Shown: piece by piece, positions 10,752 through 21,052 of the stretch
Layout of the letters: every line of letters starts with the position of its first letter
Position numbering within the stretch: the first letter of the stretch is position 1
NCBI GenBank assembly: GCA_964536975.1
Contig: CAZHYS010000001.1
Coordinates: 34,329 to 98,328, forward strand
DNA: 64,000 bases
From: an uncultured Gammaproteobacteria bacterium
Lineage (GTDB): Bacteria > Patescibacteriota > Patescibacteriia > 2-01-FULL-39-33
Direction of reading: 5' to 3'
The notes under the pieces: model-generated
The model's database searches: none
Told to the model about the DNA's origin: nothing
What the model saw: only the letters and a program-made list of their open reading frames with translations
Position numbers and translations under genes: made by a program

Positions 10752-11427
10752 TACCTTTTCTTCGTCCTTGGCGCAGAAAGAATATGATAAATCATATCTC
10801 AAGGATTATGAGAAGATTGTTTTGAAAAAATATTTTCGGCCGGGGATGAAGGTGCTGGATCTTGGTTGCGGTGCCGGTCGGACAACGCAATTTATTAAGG
10901 ATTTTGGCTGTGAAGTGATTGGAGTAGATATTTCCAGGGAGCTTATTGATTTGGCCAAGGTCAGATATCCGAATATTGATTTTCGCGTCGGCAACGCCGC
11001 TGCTCTTGATTTTTCGCCCGATTGCTTTGATATTGTTTTCTTTTCTTTTAACGGGATTGATTACCTCTATCCCAGGGAAAGGCGGTTGGCGGCGGTTGGC
11101 GATATTGGGAGAGTCTTGAAAAAAGGCGGGTTGTTTATTTATTCGTCTCATAACAAATTCAATCTGCCTCGCAATGGTTTTGCCGTTAAGACTTTTTTGG
11201 AAAATATTTTTACGCTTAAAATATTTGGCGACTATCGGCTTGAACGGCATGCCATGGGTGATTTGGTTACTTATTATGGCAGTGTTCAAAGCGAAAATAG
11301 CGACTTAAAAAAAAAGAACTTTTTGCTGCTTGAAGCGATTGGAGTGGGCCGTTTTCGTAAAATAAAAAACAGATTTTTACTTTCTTTTTTTTCCAAACAC
11401 ATAATGTATATCGCTAAAAAATCATGA
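10723..11427 (+). CDS. Class I SAM-dependent methyltransferase
   Basis: VLDLGCGAG, GVDIS, RVLKKGG. Confidence 0.9.
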   Translation: MNQMEQTNYNTFSSSLAQKEYDKSYLKDYEKIVLKKYFRPGMKVLDLGCGAGRTTQFIKDFGCEVIGVDISRELIDLAKVRYPNIDFRVGNAAALDFSPDCFDIVFFSFNGIDYLYPRERRLAAVGDIGRVLKKGGLFIYSSHNKFNLPRNGFAVKTFLENIFTLKIFGDYRLERHAMGDLVTYYGSVQSENSDLKKKNFLLLEAIGVGRFRKIKNRFLLSFFSKHIMYIAKKS

Positions 11428-13490
11428 TTTTTGAAAAGAAAAAATTATTTTGGCGCTCCATTCGTTATATTTTAGAACCCTGGCCCGACTGGGAAGCTCT
11501 GAAAAAGAAATATTCGGCTATTTTTATTTTGAGCTATGACAAAAAAGAATTGGCCGGTTTTTCCGTCAAGGAGAAACAAACGCCGGTAATCTATTTGGAC
11601 AAAAGCCTGGAAGAAATTTTTCACGACTTCAATGATACGACCAGGAACGAAATCAGAAAAACTCTGGACGATAAGATAAAAGATTTGAGGTTTGTCAGCG
11701 ACGATTCCGATTTGGCGGCTAATTACCGCCTTAGCCGAGATTTTGAAAAAAGCCAAGGCCGCCGGCCCGATCCCATCAGCCAATATCGCGGTTGCAAGAT
11801 TTTTTCCGCGTATTACCGGGATGAATTAATTTCCAGTGTCATTTGTTTTGACGCGGATAGGGTATTGCGAGCCAAGGCCATTTGTTCCAGGCGCTTGACG
11901 GTTGAGGACAAAGAAAAATATAAGATAATTTCCCACGCGACTAGGCGGCTTATTTATGAAATTTGCCGCTTTGGCTGGGAAAATGGCTATGAACTGGTCG
12001 ATCTCGGCTCGGTTAATTTCAACAAGCCGAATTTGGCGAAATTTAAAATGAGCTTCACCAGCGACCTGAAGCCGGAGCATACTTATACCTGGAAGAGCCG
12101 ACAATTTTTAATTTATGAGCGAATGACAAAATTTTTTAAAAAAATAAAATCACTCCCGATTAAATTGTTGAATATCAGGAAGAAGAAATTTGTAAAAGAC
12201 GCCGCTGTCCTTCAGGTTGGCTCATTTTTTTCCACCGGACTTTCTTTCTTGGCGTCAATCGTTTATGCGCGAATCTTAGGCATTGACGGTTACGCTGATT
12301 ACTCCTTGATTTTCATTTTTGTGGGCGTAATCAGCATTTTTATGGATTGGGGAACCAACCAGACTACGATTATGTTTTTGGCCGAAGCCTATGCCCAGGG
12401 CGACCGGAAGAAGTTTCTTGATGTCTTGTCGTATTATATAAAATTGACTCTGGCTATTTCTCTGGTTGTCGGCGTGGCGATAGTGGCTGTTTCGCCGCTA
12501 CTCACCGGCCGTTTTTACAATAGCCGGGAAATCGGCAATCTTGCCAGAGTGATTATTTTGTCGGATGTTTTGAAGGTTTTCTTTGGCATGTATACCATTG
12601 TTCTTCAGGCGGTTAGAAGAATAAAAAAGCTTACAGTGGTTGAAAATATAAATAAGATATTTTATGTCGCCATACCGGCAACCCTGGTTATTTTTGGTTT
12701 TGGGTTGCGGGGATTGGTTTGGGGCCATTTATTGAACGCGGCGATTTTTGCCGTTTTCGCCTGGGTGGCTTATGCCCGGCTATGCCGTCAGGATAATTTT
12801 TTGCCGGCGTGGCGCAAGATTATCTCTAATCGAGTAGAAATAAAAAGATTCATTTATTTTTTTAAATTCGGTTTCCTGATTGCCGTGGATAAGAATTTGG
12901 GAAGTTTGTATTCAACCTTGCCATTGTTCTTCCTTGGTATGTTTAATAAAGAAGCTGTCGCCTGGGTCAAAATCGCCATTGCTTATGCCGGCCTTCCCCT
13001 GATGCTCATTGGTCCCATTTCCCGCCTCCTAATGGTCCAGTTGCCAAAATCAAAAGTTTACAGTCTGGCAATTTTGAAGCGCGATTTTATTCGCTCGGCC
13101 TTAGGCAGCGTGGCCATTTGTTTTGTCGTCGCCGTAATGTTGATGCCCTTGGCTCAATTTTTAGTTCCCTTGGTCTATGGCCAAGAATATTTGCCGGCGG
13201 TTAATTTTTCCTATTTATTTTTAGTTGCTTCAATCGTGACGGCGCTTGGTGTTGGCAGTGGCTCTCTTTTTAGGGTTTTGCATCTAATGAAAAAATCCAT
13301 CGCCATCAACATTGCTTTACTTGCCGCCGGCTCGGCAATCACCATTTATTTTTTAATAGAGTTGCCTTTATCTTTGTCCATTTGTGCTGTTGCGTTGTGG
13401 TTGCCCTTGGCGACATTGGTGGTTTTCACTTATTTGACCAGAAAATTAAATAAAATGATAAAAGCCGGCCAAGAAGAAGTCATTCACTAA
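11424..13490 (+). CDS. GNAT/FemAB-like domain fused to a Wzx-type oligosaccharide flippase
   Basis: Soluble N-terminal ~245 aa (TRNEIRK, VDLGSV, LAKFKMSF), then ~12 TM polysaccharide-export domain (YARILG..GY, DWG, LVYGQEY). Confidence 0.7.
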   Translation: MIFEKKKLFWRSIRYILEPWPDWEALKKKYSAIFILSYDKKELAGFSVKEKQTPVIYLDKSLEEIFHDFNDTTRNEIRKTLDDKIKDLRFVSDDSDLAANYRLSRDFEKSQGRRPDPISQYRGCKIFSAYYRDELISSVICFDADRVLRAKAICSRRLTVEDKEKYKIISHATRRLIYEICRFGWENGYELVDLGSVNFNKPNLAKFKMSFTSDLKPEHTYTWKSRQFLIYERMTKFFKKIKSLPIKLLNIRKKKFVKDAAVLQVGSFFSTGLSFLASIVYARILGIDGYADYSLIFIFVGVISIFMDWGTNQTTIMFLAEAYAQGDRKKFLDVLSYYIKLTLAISLVVGVAIVAVSPLLTGRFYNSREIGNLARVIILSDVLKVFFGMYTIVLQAVRRIKKLTVVENINKIFYVAIPATLVIFGFGLRGLVWGHLLNAAIFAVFAWVAYARLCRQDNFLPAWRKIISNRVEIKRFIYFFKFGFLIAVDKNLGSLYSTLPLFFLGMFNKEAVAWVKIAIAYAGLPLMLIGPISRLLMVQLPKSKVYSLAILKRDFIRSALGSVAICFVVAVMLMPLAQFLVPLVYGQEYLPAVNFSYLFLVASIVTALGVGSGSLFRVLHLMKKSIAINIALLAAGSAITIYFLIELPLSLSICAVALWLPLATLVVFTYLTRKLNKMIKAGQEEVIH

Positions 13491-13506
13491 TTAAGTTTTT
13501 TTGATT

Positions 13507-14910
13507 ATGCCCGAAGCGATACTTATTAACCGACCGCTACACCTGGATAAAAGATTGCCGATCCCCAGTCGAAAATGGCAGCCTTTGGATTTGCTTTACG
13601 TTGGCACTTTTTTGAAAAATAACGGCCTGACGGTGGAAATTATTGACGCCAGGGCGCTTGATTATTCGGTGGCAGATATAAAAAGAATATTAGCCCAAAA
13701 GCAGCCGAAAATTGTTTTAATCGCCAGCGATCCCTATGATCTTTATCAATGCCCCAGTATTTTAATGGATAGCTTTTATCAAACCATTGAAGCGGTTCAG
13801 CAGACGCCGTCAGTCAAGCATATTTTAGCAATCGGTCCGCAAGCCGCCATATTTGATCAGGAATTATTAAACAAGACTGCCCTTGGCTATATCATCAAAG
13901 GCAACAACCCAATCGCCGCCGCTAATTTGATTCTTGATTTAAGCAAGAATCAACTTGATGATTTGGCCGGTAAATATGCCAATTTGAGCTGCAAAAAAAT
14001 AGACGGGACTGTAAATATCGGCGTCCTGCAGAATCTGGAGGATTTGGATAAATTGCCGATCGGGGATTATTCCTTATTGCCGATGGAAAAATATAGCCCG
14101 CGGATGGAATTTTTTCGGCCGGATAATTTTTCCATAATGTTTACCAGTTGCGGTTGTCCTTATAATTGCAAGTTTTGCTTCAAGGAATTAATCGGTTCAA
14201 AAGTAAATTCAATGAGCTTGCCGAGATTTAAGCAGGAGCTGGATGTTTTGGTTGGGGAGTATTTCATAAAGAATATTTATTTTATTGACGACTTTTTTAC
14301 CTTTGATCGCGAACGTGTCAAGCAGATCTGCCGGATAATCAAAGAAGAGAACGCCGATATCCAATGGGGGTGTCAAACTCGGCCGGAAAGAGTGGATGAG
14401 GAGTTGTTAAAAATAATGAAGGACAGCGGCTGCATTTATATCTCTTACGGCATTGAGAGCGGCAGCCAGGCGATTGTTTCCTCCAGCGGCAAGGGGTTAA
14501 ATCTTGAAGAAGCCGCCAAGAATTATAAGCTGACAAAAAAAATCGGCATTGAGGCTCACAGCAATATGATGTATGGCTATCCCGAGGAAACAGCCAAGGA
14601 TTTCAACCAGACCATTGATTTGCAGATCGAGCTCAACGATTTTTCCTTTCCTTGCGGTCTTTGCTTTTTTCCCCAAACAAAATATTATAACGAGCTGCTG
14701 CCGGGGAAAAGCCCGGAAGAGGCGCGAAAAATATCGGTTGATTTGGGACTAAGCCGGTTAACGCGCGAGACCATTGAGGCGGGATTGGCAAAGTTGGTTT
14801 TCTTTAAAAGGATTAGGGAGAAAAAAATAGATTTCAAAACTTTTTATTTTTTGTTAAAATATATTTTTCCGGCATTGGTTAAAAAAACTAAACAGCTTAT
14901 TAAAAAATAA
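13507..14910 (+). CDS. B12-binding domain radical SAM protein
   Basis: CPYNCKFC, FIDDFFT, YGIESGS, GYPEET; N-terminal PLDLLYVGT cobalamin-binding-like domain. Confidence 0.9.
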   Translation: MPEAILINRPLHLDKRLPIPSRKWQPLDLLYVGTFLKNNGLTVEIIDARALDYSVADIKRILAQKQPKIVLIASDPYDLYQCPSILMDSFYQTIEAVQQTPSVKHILAIGPQAAIFDQELLNKTALGYIIKGNNPIAAANLILDLSKNQLDDLAGKYANLSCKKIDGTVNIGVLQNLEDLDKLPIGDYSLLPMEKYSPRMEFFRPDNFSIMFTSCGCPYNCKFCFKELIGSKVNSMSLPRFKQELDVLVGEYFIKNIYFIDDFFTFDRERVKQICRIIKEENADIQWGCQTRPERVDEELLKIMKDSGCIYISYGIESGSQAIVSSSGKGLNLEEAAKNYKLTKKIGIEAHSNMMYGYPEETAKDFNQTIDLQIELNDFSFPCGLCFFPQTKYYNELLPGKSPEEARKISVDLGLSRLTRETIEAGLAKLVFFKRIREKKIDFKTFYFLLKYIFPALVKKTKQLIKK

Positions 14911-14914
14911 AGTT

Positions 14915-15568
14915 ATGTATATTCCCCAACCGGATAGGATTCTGCTAAAAGAACAAATCAAGAAATACGCGCGCCATATTCATGGCCGGGTGCTGGATGT
15001 CGGCGCCGGCGGTTTTAGCCGTTATCAAAATTTTTTTGATTACAGCCAGTATGTTAAAATGGATGTTTTTGAAGACAAAAATATTGACGTGGTCGGATCG
15101 GCGGATGATATTCCTTTTGTCGACGAGAGCTTTGACTCAATTATTTCAACCCAAGTCCTAGAAGACGTTAAGGATATTTTCAAATCAGCGCGAGAATTTT
15201 ATAGGGTTTTAAAACCGGGCGGCACCGCTTTGATTACCACTACCTTTCTGGTTTCGGTCTGCGATGAGCCGGATAATTTTTGGCGCTTTACCGGTTATGG
15301 CTTGGAATACTTATACAAGAATACCGGGTTTGAGATTGTAGCCAAAGAAAGACGGGGCGGATTTTTTTCCGTCCGGGCGCAAAGCAATCTGCGCTATCTG
15401 ATTGAGAGGCTTAATTTGTATTCTCATCGGTGGACAAAAGTTTTTAATCCGGTATTTAAAGCATACGGTTTGATTGCCATTTGGTTGGACAAAATTGATC
15501 GCAGTCCCGTTAACCAGAAATTTTCGCTTGGCTGGGGGATTGTAATAAGAAAACCGGAGTTAAAATAA
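14915..15568 (+). CDS. Class I SAM-dependent methyltransferase
   Basis: VLDVGAG, IPFVDESFD, RVLKPGG, FWRFT. Confidence 0.9.
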   Translation: MYIPQPDRILLKEQIKKYARHIHGRVLDVGAGGFSRYQNFFDYSQYVKMDVFEDKNIDVVGSADDIPFVDESFDSIISTQVLEDVKDIFKSAREFYRVLKPGGTALITTTFLVSVCDEPDNFWRFTGYGLEYLYKNTGFEIVAKERRGGFFSVRAQSNLRYLIERLNLYSHRWTKVFNPVFKAYGLIAIWLDKIDRSPVNQKFSLGWGIVIRKPELK

Positions 15569-15576
15569 AATATTTT

Positions 15577-16335
15577 GTGACAAATTCAAAAATAATTTTT
15601 ACCACCAGTTGGGACGACGGCCATGTCCTGGATTTGAGATTGGCTGATTTGCTTGACCGTTACGGCATCAAGGGCACTTTTTATATCGCTCGCGAAACCA
15701 AGGATCGTTTGAGCGAGAACGATATAAAAAATATCGCCGCTCGCCATGAAATCGGCGCGCATACCATCACCCACCGCAATTTAAATGAGATTTCTATTAC
15801 TGAAGCAGGGCAGGAAATTAATGAGTCAAAAGAATGGCTGGAGGGGGTTGTCGGATCCGCGCCAAAAGTTTTTTGTTATCCGCGAGGGAGCTACAACGAG
15901 GAAGTGAAAAAAATAGTTCAAGCGGCAGGATTTGTCGGCGCGAGGACAGTTGAAAGAAATATCGGTTCCGGCGGTGATAACTTCGCCCTGCCGGTCACTT
16001 TGCAGGTTTATCCTTTTCCTTGGCGGATGAGGGATAGCCGCCGTCTCCATCTGTCGCGGCATCTTTGGGAACCGCTTTTTGGCCACCGGAGCCAGATTAA
16101 AAATCTTTCCTTGCCAATGACAAGCTGGCTAAATTGGAACGCGCTGGCGGAAAATATTTTATTATCACCAAATAATGGCAGCTATTTCCACTTATGGGGA
16201 CACTCATGGGAGATTGAGAAGTACGACCTTTGGGAGAAATTGGAAAAATTTTTACAGTTTGCCGCCAACCGGAAAGAAATTATTTTTTTGACCAACAGTG
16301 AAACAGTAGAATATTATGAAAATTTTAATTCTTAG
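15577..16335 (+). CDS. Polysaccharide deacetylase
   Basis: TSWDDG, HEIGAHTITH, FCYPRG, FHLWGHSWE. Confidence 0.9.
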   Translation: MTNSKIIFTTSWDDGHVLDLRLADLLDRYGIKGTFYIARETKDRLSENDIKNIAARHEIGAHTITHRNLNEISITEAGQEINESKEWLEGVVGSAPKVFCYPRGSYNEEVKKIVQAAGFVGARTVERNIGSGGDNFALPVTLQVYPFPWRMRDSRRLHLSRHLWEPLFGHRSQIKNLSLPMTSWLNWNALAENILLSPNNGSYFHLWGHSWEIEKYDLWEKLEKFLQFAANRKEIIFLTNSETVEYYENFNS

Positions 16336-17557
16336 CGACGGTTTTCCGCCGGCTGGCGGCGGTGGAGCCGAAATAATCGCCCTTCGTTTTTCCCAAGGCC
16401 TGATCGCTTCCGGCCATGAGGTAAAAGTTTTTTCCACTTGCCAGCAGCCAGCGGCGGCGGGGCAAACTGTTGTTGATGGCGTTGAGGTGATTCGTCATTA
16501 TTGCGATTATGATTTACGTTGGCGCGGTATTGTAGCCTTGAAAAACAAAAGATGCCTCAAGCCACTAAACAATTTATTGGCTGATTATCGGCCGGATATC
16601 GTCCACGCTCATAATGTCCACGCGTATATTTCTTACGCTTCTTTGAAGTTGGCCAAAAAAAAAGGAGCCAAGGTTTTTCTGACCGCTCATGACGTTGACG
16701 CTTTCCATCAGGACAAGTTTTTTTCTTTCATTGACCAGTTGAATCCGTCTGTTCCAAAGACTTTTAATTATCGTTTGGGTTTTTGGGAAAGTCTGCGGCA
16801 GTTGAAAAAAACAAAAAATCCTTTGCGTAATTTGATGGTTAGACATTATCTGTCTTTTGTTGACAAAATTTTTTCGGTCAGTGAGGCGCTCAAGGAGGCC
16901 TTGACGCAAAATGGCATCAAAAATACAGAAGTGGTTTATAACGGTTTCGCGCCGATGTCGCTGGTCAAAAATGCTAGGGAAACAGTTGGCGTTAAGTATG
17001 GTTTGGGAGTGGGGACAGGCATAATATTTATGGCGGGCCGTTTCGGTAGTTTGAAGGGCGGCAATTTATTGGTGCCGTTAATAAAAGCGCTTAAAGAGCG
17101 GGGAAACGACTTTGTGATGGCGGTGGCAGCCAAAAAAGGCGGCTACAGTGAAAAAATAATGGCTCAAGCAGAAAAAGAAGGCTTGTCTCATCAGTTGCTT
17201 TTTACTGGCTGGCTTCATGAGGACGCCTTGGCCGAATGGTATTCGGCCTGCGATATTTGTCTGGTCCCTTCGGTTTGCTTTGATTCTTTCCCCAATAATA
17301 ATCTAGAGGCGATGGCTTATGGCAAGCCGGTAGTCGGCACTTGTTTTGGTGGAACCAGAGAGGCGGTTGTTGATGGACAAACTGGCTTCATTGTCAATCC
17401 TTATGACATAGAAAAAATGGCCGAGATAATAAGCGGAATTTTGGTGGATAAAAATAAGGCGCGCCAGTTGGGTGCGGCCGGGTACCAGAGATGGAAAGAT
17501 AATTTTACCCTTGATAAACAAGTAGCTCGGACACTGGAGTTTTACTCTAATTCGTAA
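16316..17557 (+). CDS. GT4 glycosyltransferase
   Basis: FPP..GGAE, PDIVHAHN, DSFP..LEAMAYGKPVV. Confidence 0.9.
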   Translation: MKILILSDGFPPAGGGGAEIIALRFSQGLIASGHEVKVFSTCQQPAAAGQTVVDGVEVIRHYCDYDLRWRGIVALKNKRCLKPLNNLLADYRPDIVHAHNVHAYISYASLKLAKKKGAKVFLTAHDVDAFHQDKFFSFIDQLNPSVPKTFNYRLGFWESLRQLKKTKNPLRNLMVRHYLSFVDKIFSVSEALKEALTQNGIKNTEVVYNGFAPMSLVKNARETVGVKYGLGVGTGIIFMAGRFGSLKGGNLLVPLIKALKERGNDFVMAVAAKKGGYSEKIMAQAEKEGLSHQLLFTGWLHEDALAEWYSACDICLVPSVCFDSFPNNNLEAMAYGKPVVGTCFGGTREAVVDGQTGFIVNPYDIEKMAEIISGILVDKNKARQLGAAGYQRWKDNFTLDKQVARTLEFYSNS

Positions 17558-18624
17558 TTTTTCAGATAGTCAGTGGCGGCCTTTTGCCAAGTGAAATTTT
17601 CAGCGAATTTTTTAGCCGCCGTGCCCATGCTTTTTTTCTTTTCTTCATCTGTCAAGATGGAGATTATTTTTTCTGCCAGAATTTCGGCGTTATTTTGTTC
17701 TATTAGGTAGCCAGTTTGATTATCAATGATTGCGTCTTCGGCACCGCAATTTTTTGAGCCGATTGCCGGCACGCCAAATAAACCCGCTTCAATATAGCTG
17801 AGGCCGAAACCTTCAAAGTGCCGGCCGTCATTAATTGACGGCATGATATAAAGCGACGCATGACGATAAATCTCCGCCAGTTTGTCATCACCGATGTCAC
17901 TAAACCAAATGACGTCATCAGCGAGACCATTGTCGTCGATTATTTGTTGCAATTTCTCGCGGTATGGTTTGTTGAATTGGTAGCCGACGATAACATACTT
18001 AAGAAAGGGGATTACTTTTTTAACCGCCGTCAAAGCGGTCAGTGAGATATGGTATCCCTTTCTCGGCTTGACATCACCAACAGTCAAAAGATAATTTTCT
18101 GGCAAGTTTAATTCGGAAGAAGATAAAGACAGGATGTTATTTTCCACTCCCAAGTGAACCACAGCGATATTGTTCAGCTCAAATTTTTGGCGAACCCTTT
18201 CCGCGGTATATCGGCTGATAGCAAAGATTTTTTGCGAGTTCCTAAGGGATTTTTTCATCAGCCACGACAGAAAAAAATTTTTTCCCGGGGTGATACTGTA
18301 TGTGCCAATGGCGCTTATAAAAAATTTTTTGCCCTTGCCAACGGTTGCCAACCAAGCGATAATGCCATAAGGATAAACATCTAAAGCGTGTACAACATCA
18401 AATGATTTGGCGACTTTTCTGATCACCAAAGCATTTTTAAGCAGTGCCACAATTGATCGCCAACTTTTTCCAGTCGCCAAAGCAAAATCGCCACTGTTAT
18501 CTTCGGCGGCGATTTTTACTTCCTGGCTGGTTTGTTTTTTTAATTCAGCGGATATTTTAGCTGAATATCTGGCCCAGCCGCCATAGCCATCGCGAATTGA
18601 ATAGGTGATAATCAATATTTTCAT
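17542..18624 (-). CDS. GT4 glycosyltransferase
   Basis: PRKG, EGFGLSYIEAG, TGYLI; convergent with the previous gene and overlapping it by 16 bp. Confidence 0.9.
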   Translation of the reverse strand: MKILIITYSIRDGYGGWARYSAKISAELKKQTSQEVKIAAEDNSGDFALATGKSWRSIVALLKNALVIRKVAKSFDVVHALDVYPYGIIAWLATVGKGKKFFISAIGTYSITPGKNFFLSWLMKKSLRNSQKIFAISRYTAERVRQKFELNNIAVVHLGVENNILSLSSSELNLPENYLLTVGDVKPRKGYHISLTALTAVKKVIPFLKYVIVGYQFNKPYREKLQQIIDDNGLADDVIWFSDIGDDKLAEIYRHASLYIMPSINDGRHFEGFGLSYIEAGLFGVPAIGSKNCGAEDAIIDNQTGYLIEQNNAEILAEKIISILTDEEKKKSMGTAAKKFAENFTWQKAATDYLKNYELE

Positions 18625-18683
18625 AATCCATCTGCGATTTAAGTTGCCGCTCCGCCGAACGGTCGGCTGCGGTAATTTTATAT

Positions 18684-20021
18684 TTACTGTCCTTTGCCAC
18701 CCAAAACAACCTTGATGGTTTTGAGCATTATACTGGTATCGAGAAAGAGGGAACGATTTTTCAGATAATACAAATCGTATTTTATTTTTTCCAGGGTTTC
18801 CTCTTTTGAACCGCCATAGCTGGGGCCGTTCAGCTGCGCCCAGCCGGTTAGCCCCGGTTTCACCAGTAGCCGTTCCCGATAGAAGGGGATTTCCTTTTCC
18901 AGTATTTCAATAAACTCCGGCCGTTCCGGACGCGGGCCGACAAAACTCATTTCGCCGCGCAAGACATTAAGAAGCTGCGGAATTTCATCAATTCTTGTTT
19001 TGCGCATCAGCCGGCCGAAGCGGGTGATGCGGGGGTCGTCCTTGATCGCCCATTGTGGCCCGTTTTTCTCCGCGCCAACAATCATGGAGCGGAATTTTAC
19101 CGCCAAAAACGGCTGGCCATTTTTGCCTGTGCGGACTTGTTTGAATAATACCGGTCCAGAGCCGTCAAATTTGATTAATAGAGCAATAAACGGTAGAAAT
19201 GGAGAGGTAGCAATAAGTCCCAGGGATGCTAAAATAATATCAAAAAATCTTTTTATAATTTCGTAATTTTTTTTGGAATGTTCTGAGAGATTTTCCAGGA
19301 ACCAGCCGTGTTCGATATTTTCAATAGGAATTTTATTGGTTACCTGTTCATAGAGTCCGCTGATATTGCAGACGGTAATGCCCAAAGCAAAGCAGCCGAA
19401 TATTTTTTTTATCACCTCCTGGTTGTTTTTAAACTCATCCTCGCCAGCCAGAATATCAATATTATTTTTCCGGCAGTATACTTCCAGATTGTCTGGTAGG
19501 GTAGGAATGATTTCCGCGCTGTAACCCAATTGCGGCCTTTTTTGAATTTCCGCCGCCAGAAGCTTGGCCAGTGGCGAATCGCCGACAATCAGAACTTTAT
19601 TGGTGATGGCCGTTGATTTTATAAAGTTGTAAAAAATTGTTCGCCAGCCGAATAGTAGAATTAAAGAAGCGGCCACCTGGATTATTAATACTCGTTGTGG
19701 CCTGATACTATCCAGAAACGGCGTGAAGAAATAAAACATTGCCACCGCAATAAATAAATTTACGGCAAACAACTTAATAATAGTATTAGCCAGATTGCTG
19801 GCATTATAACTTATCTTCAAATCATAAAAATCATTAATAAAGAACACTATTAGCCAGACAATAAAAACCAAAGAAAACGGCTTTAGATGCCTGTCCCAAT
19901 TGCCGCTTAGGCTGTCTGATCCGTAACGTAGGATTAGGGTCAGCCACAAAGCCAAATAAAGGAAAATAACGTCCCCGATTAGCAAGATTATTTTTTTTGT
20001 TTTGATGATAAAATCGGACAT
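18684..20021 (-). CDS. Polyprenyl-phosphate glycosylphosphotransferase (WcaJ/WbaP-type priming sugar transferase)
   Basis: KRFFD, KFRSM, DDPRIT, DEIPQL, MSFVGPRPE, KPGLTGWAQ. Confidence 0.93.
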   Translation of the reverse strand: MSDFIIKTKKIILLIGDVIFLYLALWLTLILRYGSDSLSGNWDRHLKPFSLVFIVWLIVFFINDFYDLKISYNASNLANTIIKLFAVNLFIAVAMFYFFTPFLDSIRPQRVLIIQVAASLILLFGWRTIFYNFIKSTAITNKVLIVGDSPLAKLLAAEIQKRPQLGYSAEIIPTLPDNLEVYCRKNNIDILAGEDEFKNNQEVIKKIFGCFALGITVCNISGLYEQVTNKIPIENIEHGWFLENLSEHSKKNYEIIKRFFDIILASLGLIATSPFLPFIALLIKFDGSGPVLFKQVRTGKNGQPFLAVKFRSMIVGAEKNGPQWAIKDDPRITRFGRLMRKTRIDEIPQLLNVLRGEMSFVGPRPERPEFIEILEKEIPFYRERLLVKPGLTGWAQLNGPSYGGSKEETLEKIKYDLYYLKNRSLFLDTSIMLKTIKVVLGGKGQ

Positions 20022-20123
20022 AGTAAAAAAAGTAATTATTTAAAGGATACAATAAAATTGAAAAAAAATCAAGTTTTTTCGTCACTTCCTTTTTCGGGTT
20101 TTTTGTGATAAAATTGCCAAGTA

Positions 20124-21047
20124 ATGCGTATTACTTTTAATATGGGCAATTATAATTTTAATTATCTGAGCAGTTTGGAGGCGGAGAGCATCTATATCAT
20201 CAGGGAGGCCTGGGCGGAATTTAAGAATCCGGTTATGCTTTATTCAATCGGCAAAGATTCTTCGGTTCTTGTCCATCTGGCCAAGAAAGCTTTTTTTCCG
20301 GCGCCGCTTCCCTTTCCCCTGCTTCATATTGATACCGGTTTTAAGTTTAGAGAAATGATTGAATTTCGGGACTGCTATACCAAGAAAATCGGCGCCAAGC
20401 TTATTGTTTATCAGAACCGTGAATCCAGAGCGCTGGATTTTAAAGCTGAAGACGCGGCGACAGACAGCTATATTTATTACAAGAAAACCAAACCGCTCTT
20501 GGAAGCGATTGCTCATTATGGCTTTGATGCCGCTATTGGCGGTTCGCGGCGTGAAGAAGAAAAATCTCGCGCCAAAGAAAGGATCTTTTCTGTCCGGCGG
20601 GAGCAAGGAGGTTGGGACCCCAAAAATCAGCGGCCGGAATTATGGAATTTGTACAATCCATGTCTCTCCGCCGGCGAGACAATGCGGGTCTTTCCTTTAT
20701 CTAATTGGACGGAAGCCGACATCTGGGCTTATATTAAACAAGAGAATATAGAAGTGGTCCCCCTTTATTTTTCCCAGGTCAGAAAAGTCGTTAAAAGAAA
20801 CGGCATTTATATTCGGCTAGATGAGTTTACCCAGCCACGAGAAGGGGAAGAGGTATTGGAAATGGAGTGTCGCTATCGGACTCTTGGCTGCTCGCCTTCT
20901 ACTGGAGCGGTACCATCAACGGCAAAAAATTTAGATGATATTTTAGATGAAGTTTTGGCGGCCGAAAATTCTGAACGAGAAACAAGAGCGATTGACGCAA
21001 CTTCCGCGGCAGCAATGGAGGAAAAGAAAAAAGAAGGATATTTCTAA
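20124..21047 (+). CDS. cysD: Sulfate adenylyltransferase subunit 2
   Basis: LEAESIYIIRE, YSIGKDS, RREEEKSRAKERIFS, WDPKNQRPELW, C-terminal KKEGYF. Confidence 0.97.
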   Translation: MRITFNMGNYNFNYLSSLEAESIYIIREAWAEFKNPVMLYSIGKDSSVLVHLAKKAFFPAPLPFPLLHIDTGFKFREMIEFRDCYTKKIGAKLIVYQNRESRALDFKAEDAATDSYIYYKKTKPLLEAIAHYGFDAAIGGSRREEEKSRAKERIFSVRREQGGWDPKNQRPELWNLYNPCLSAGETMRVFPLSNWTEADIWAYIKQENIEVVPLYFSQVRKVVKRNGIYIRLDEFTQPREGEEVLEMECRYRTLGCSPSTGAVPSTAKNLDDILDEVLAAENSERETRAIDATSAAAMEEKKKEGYF

Positions 21048-21052
21048 AATCA

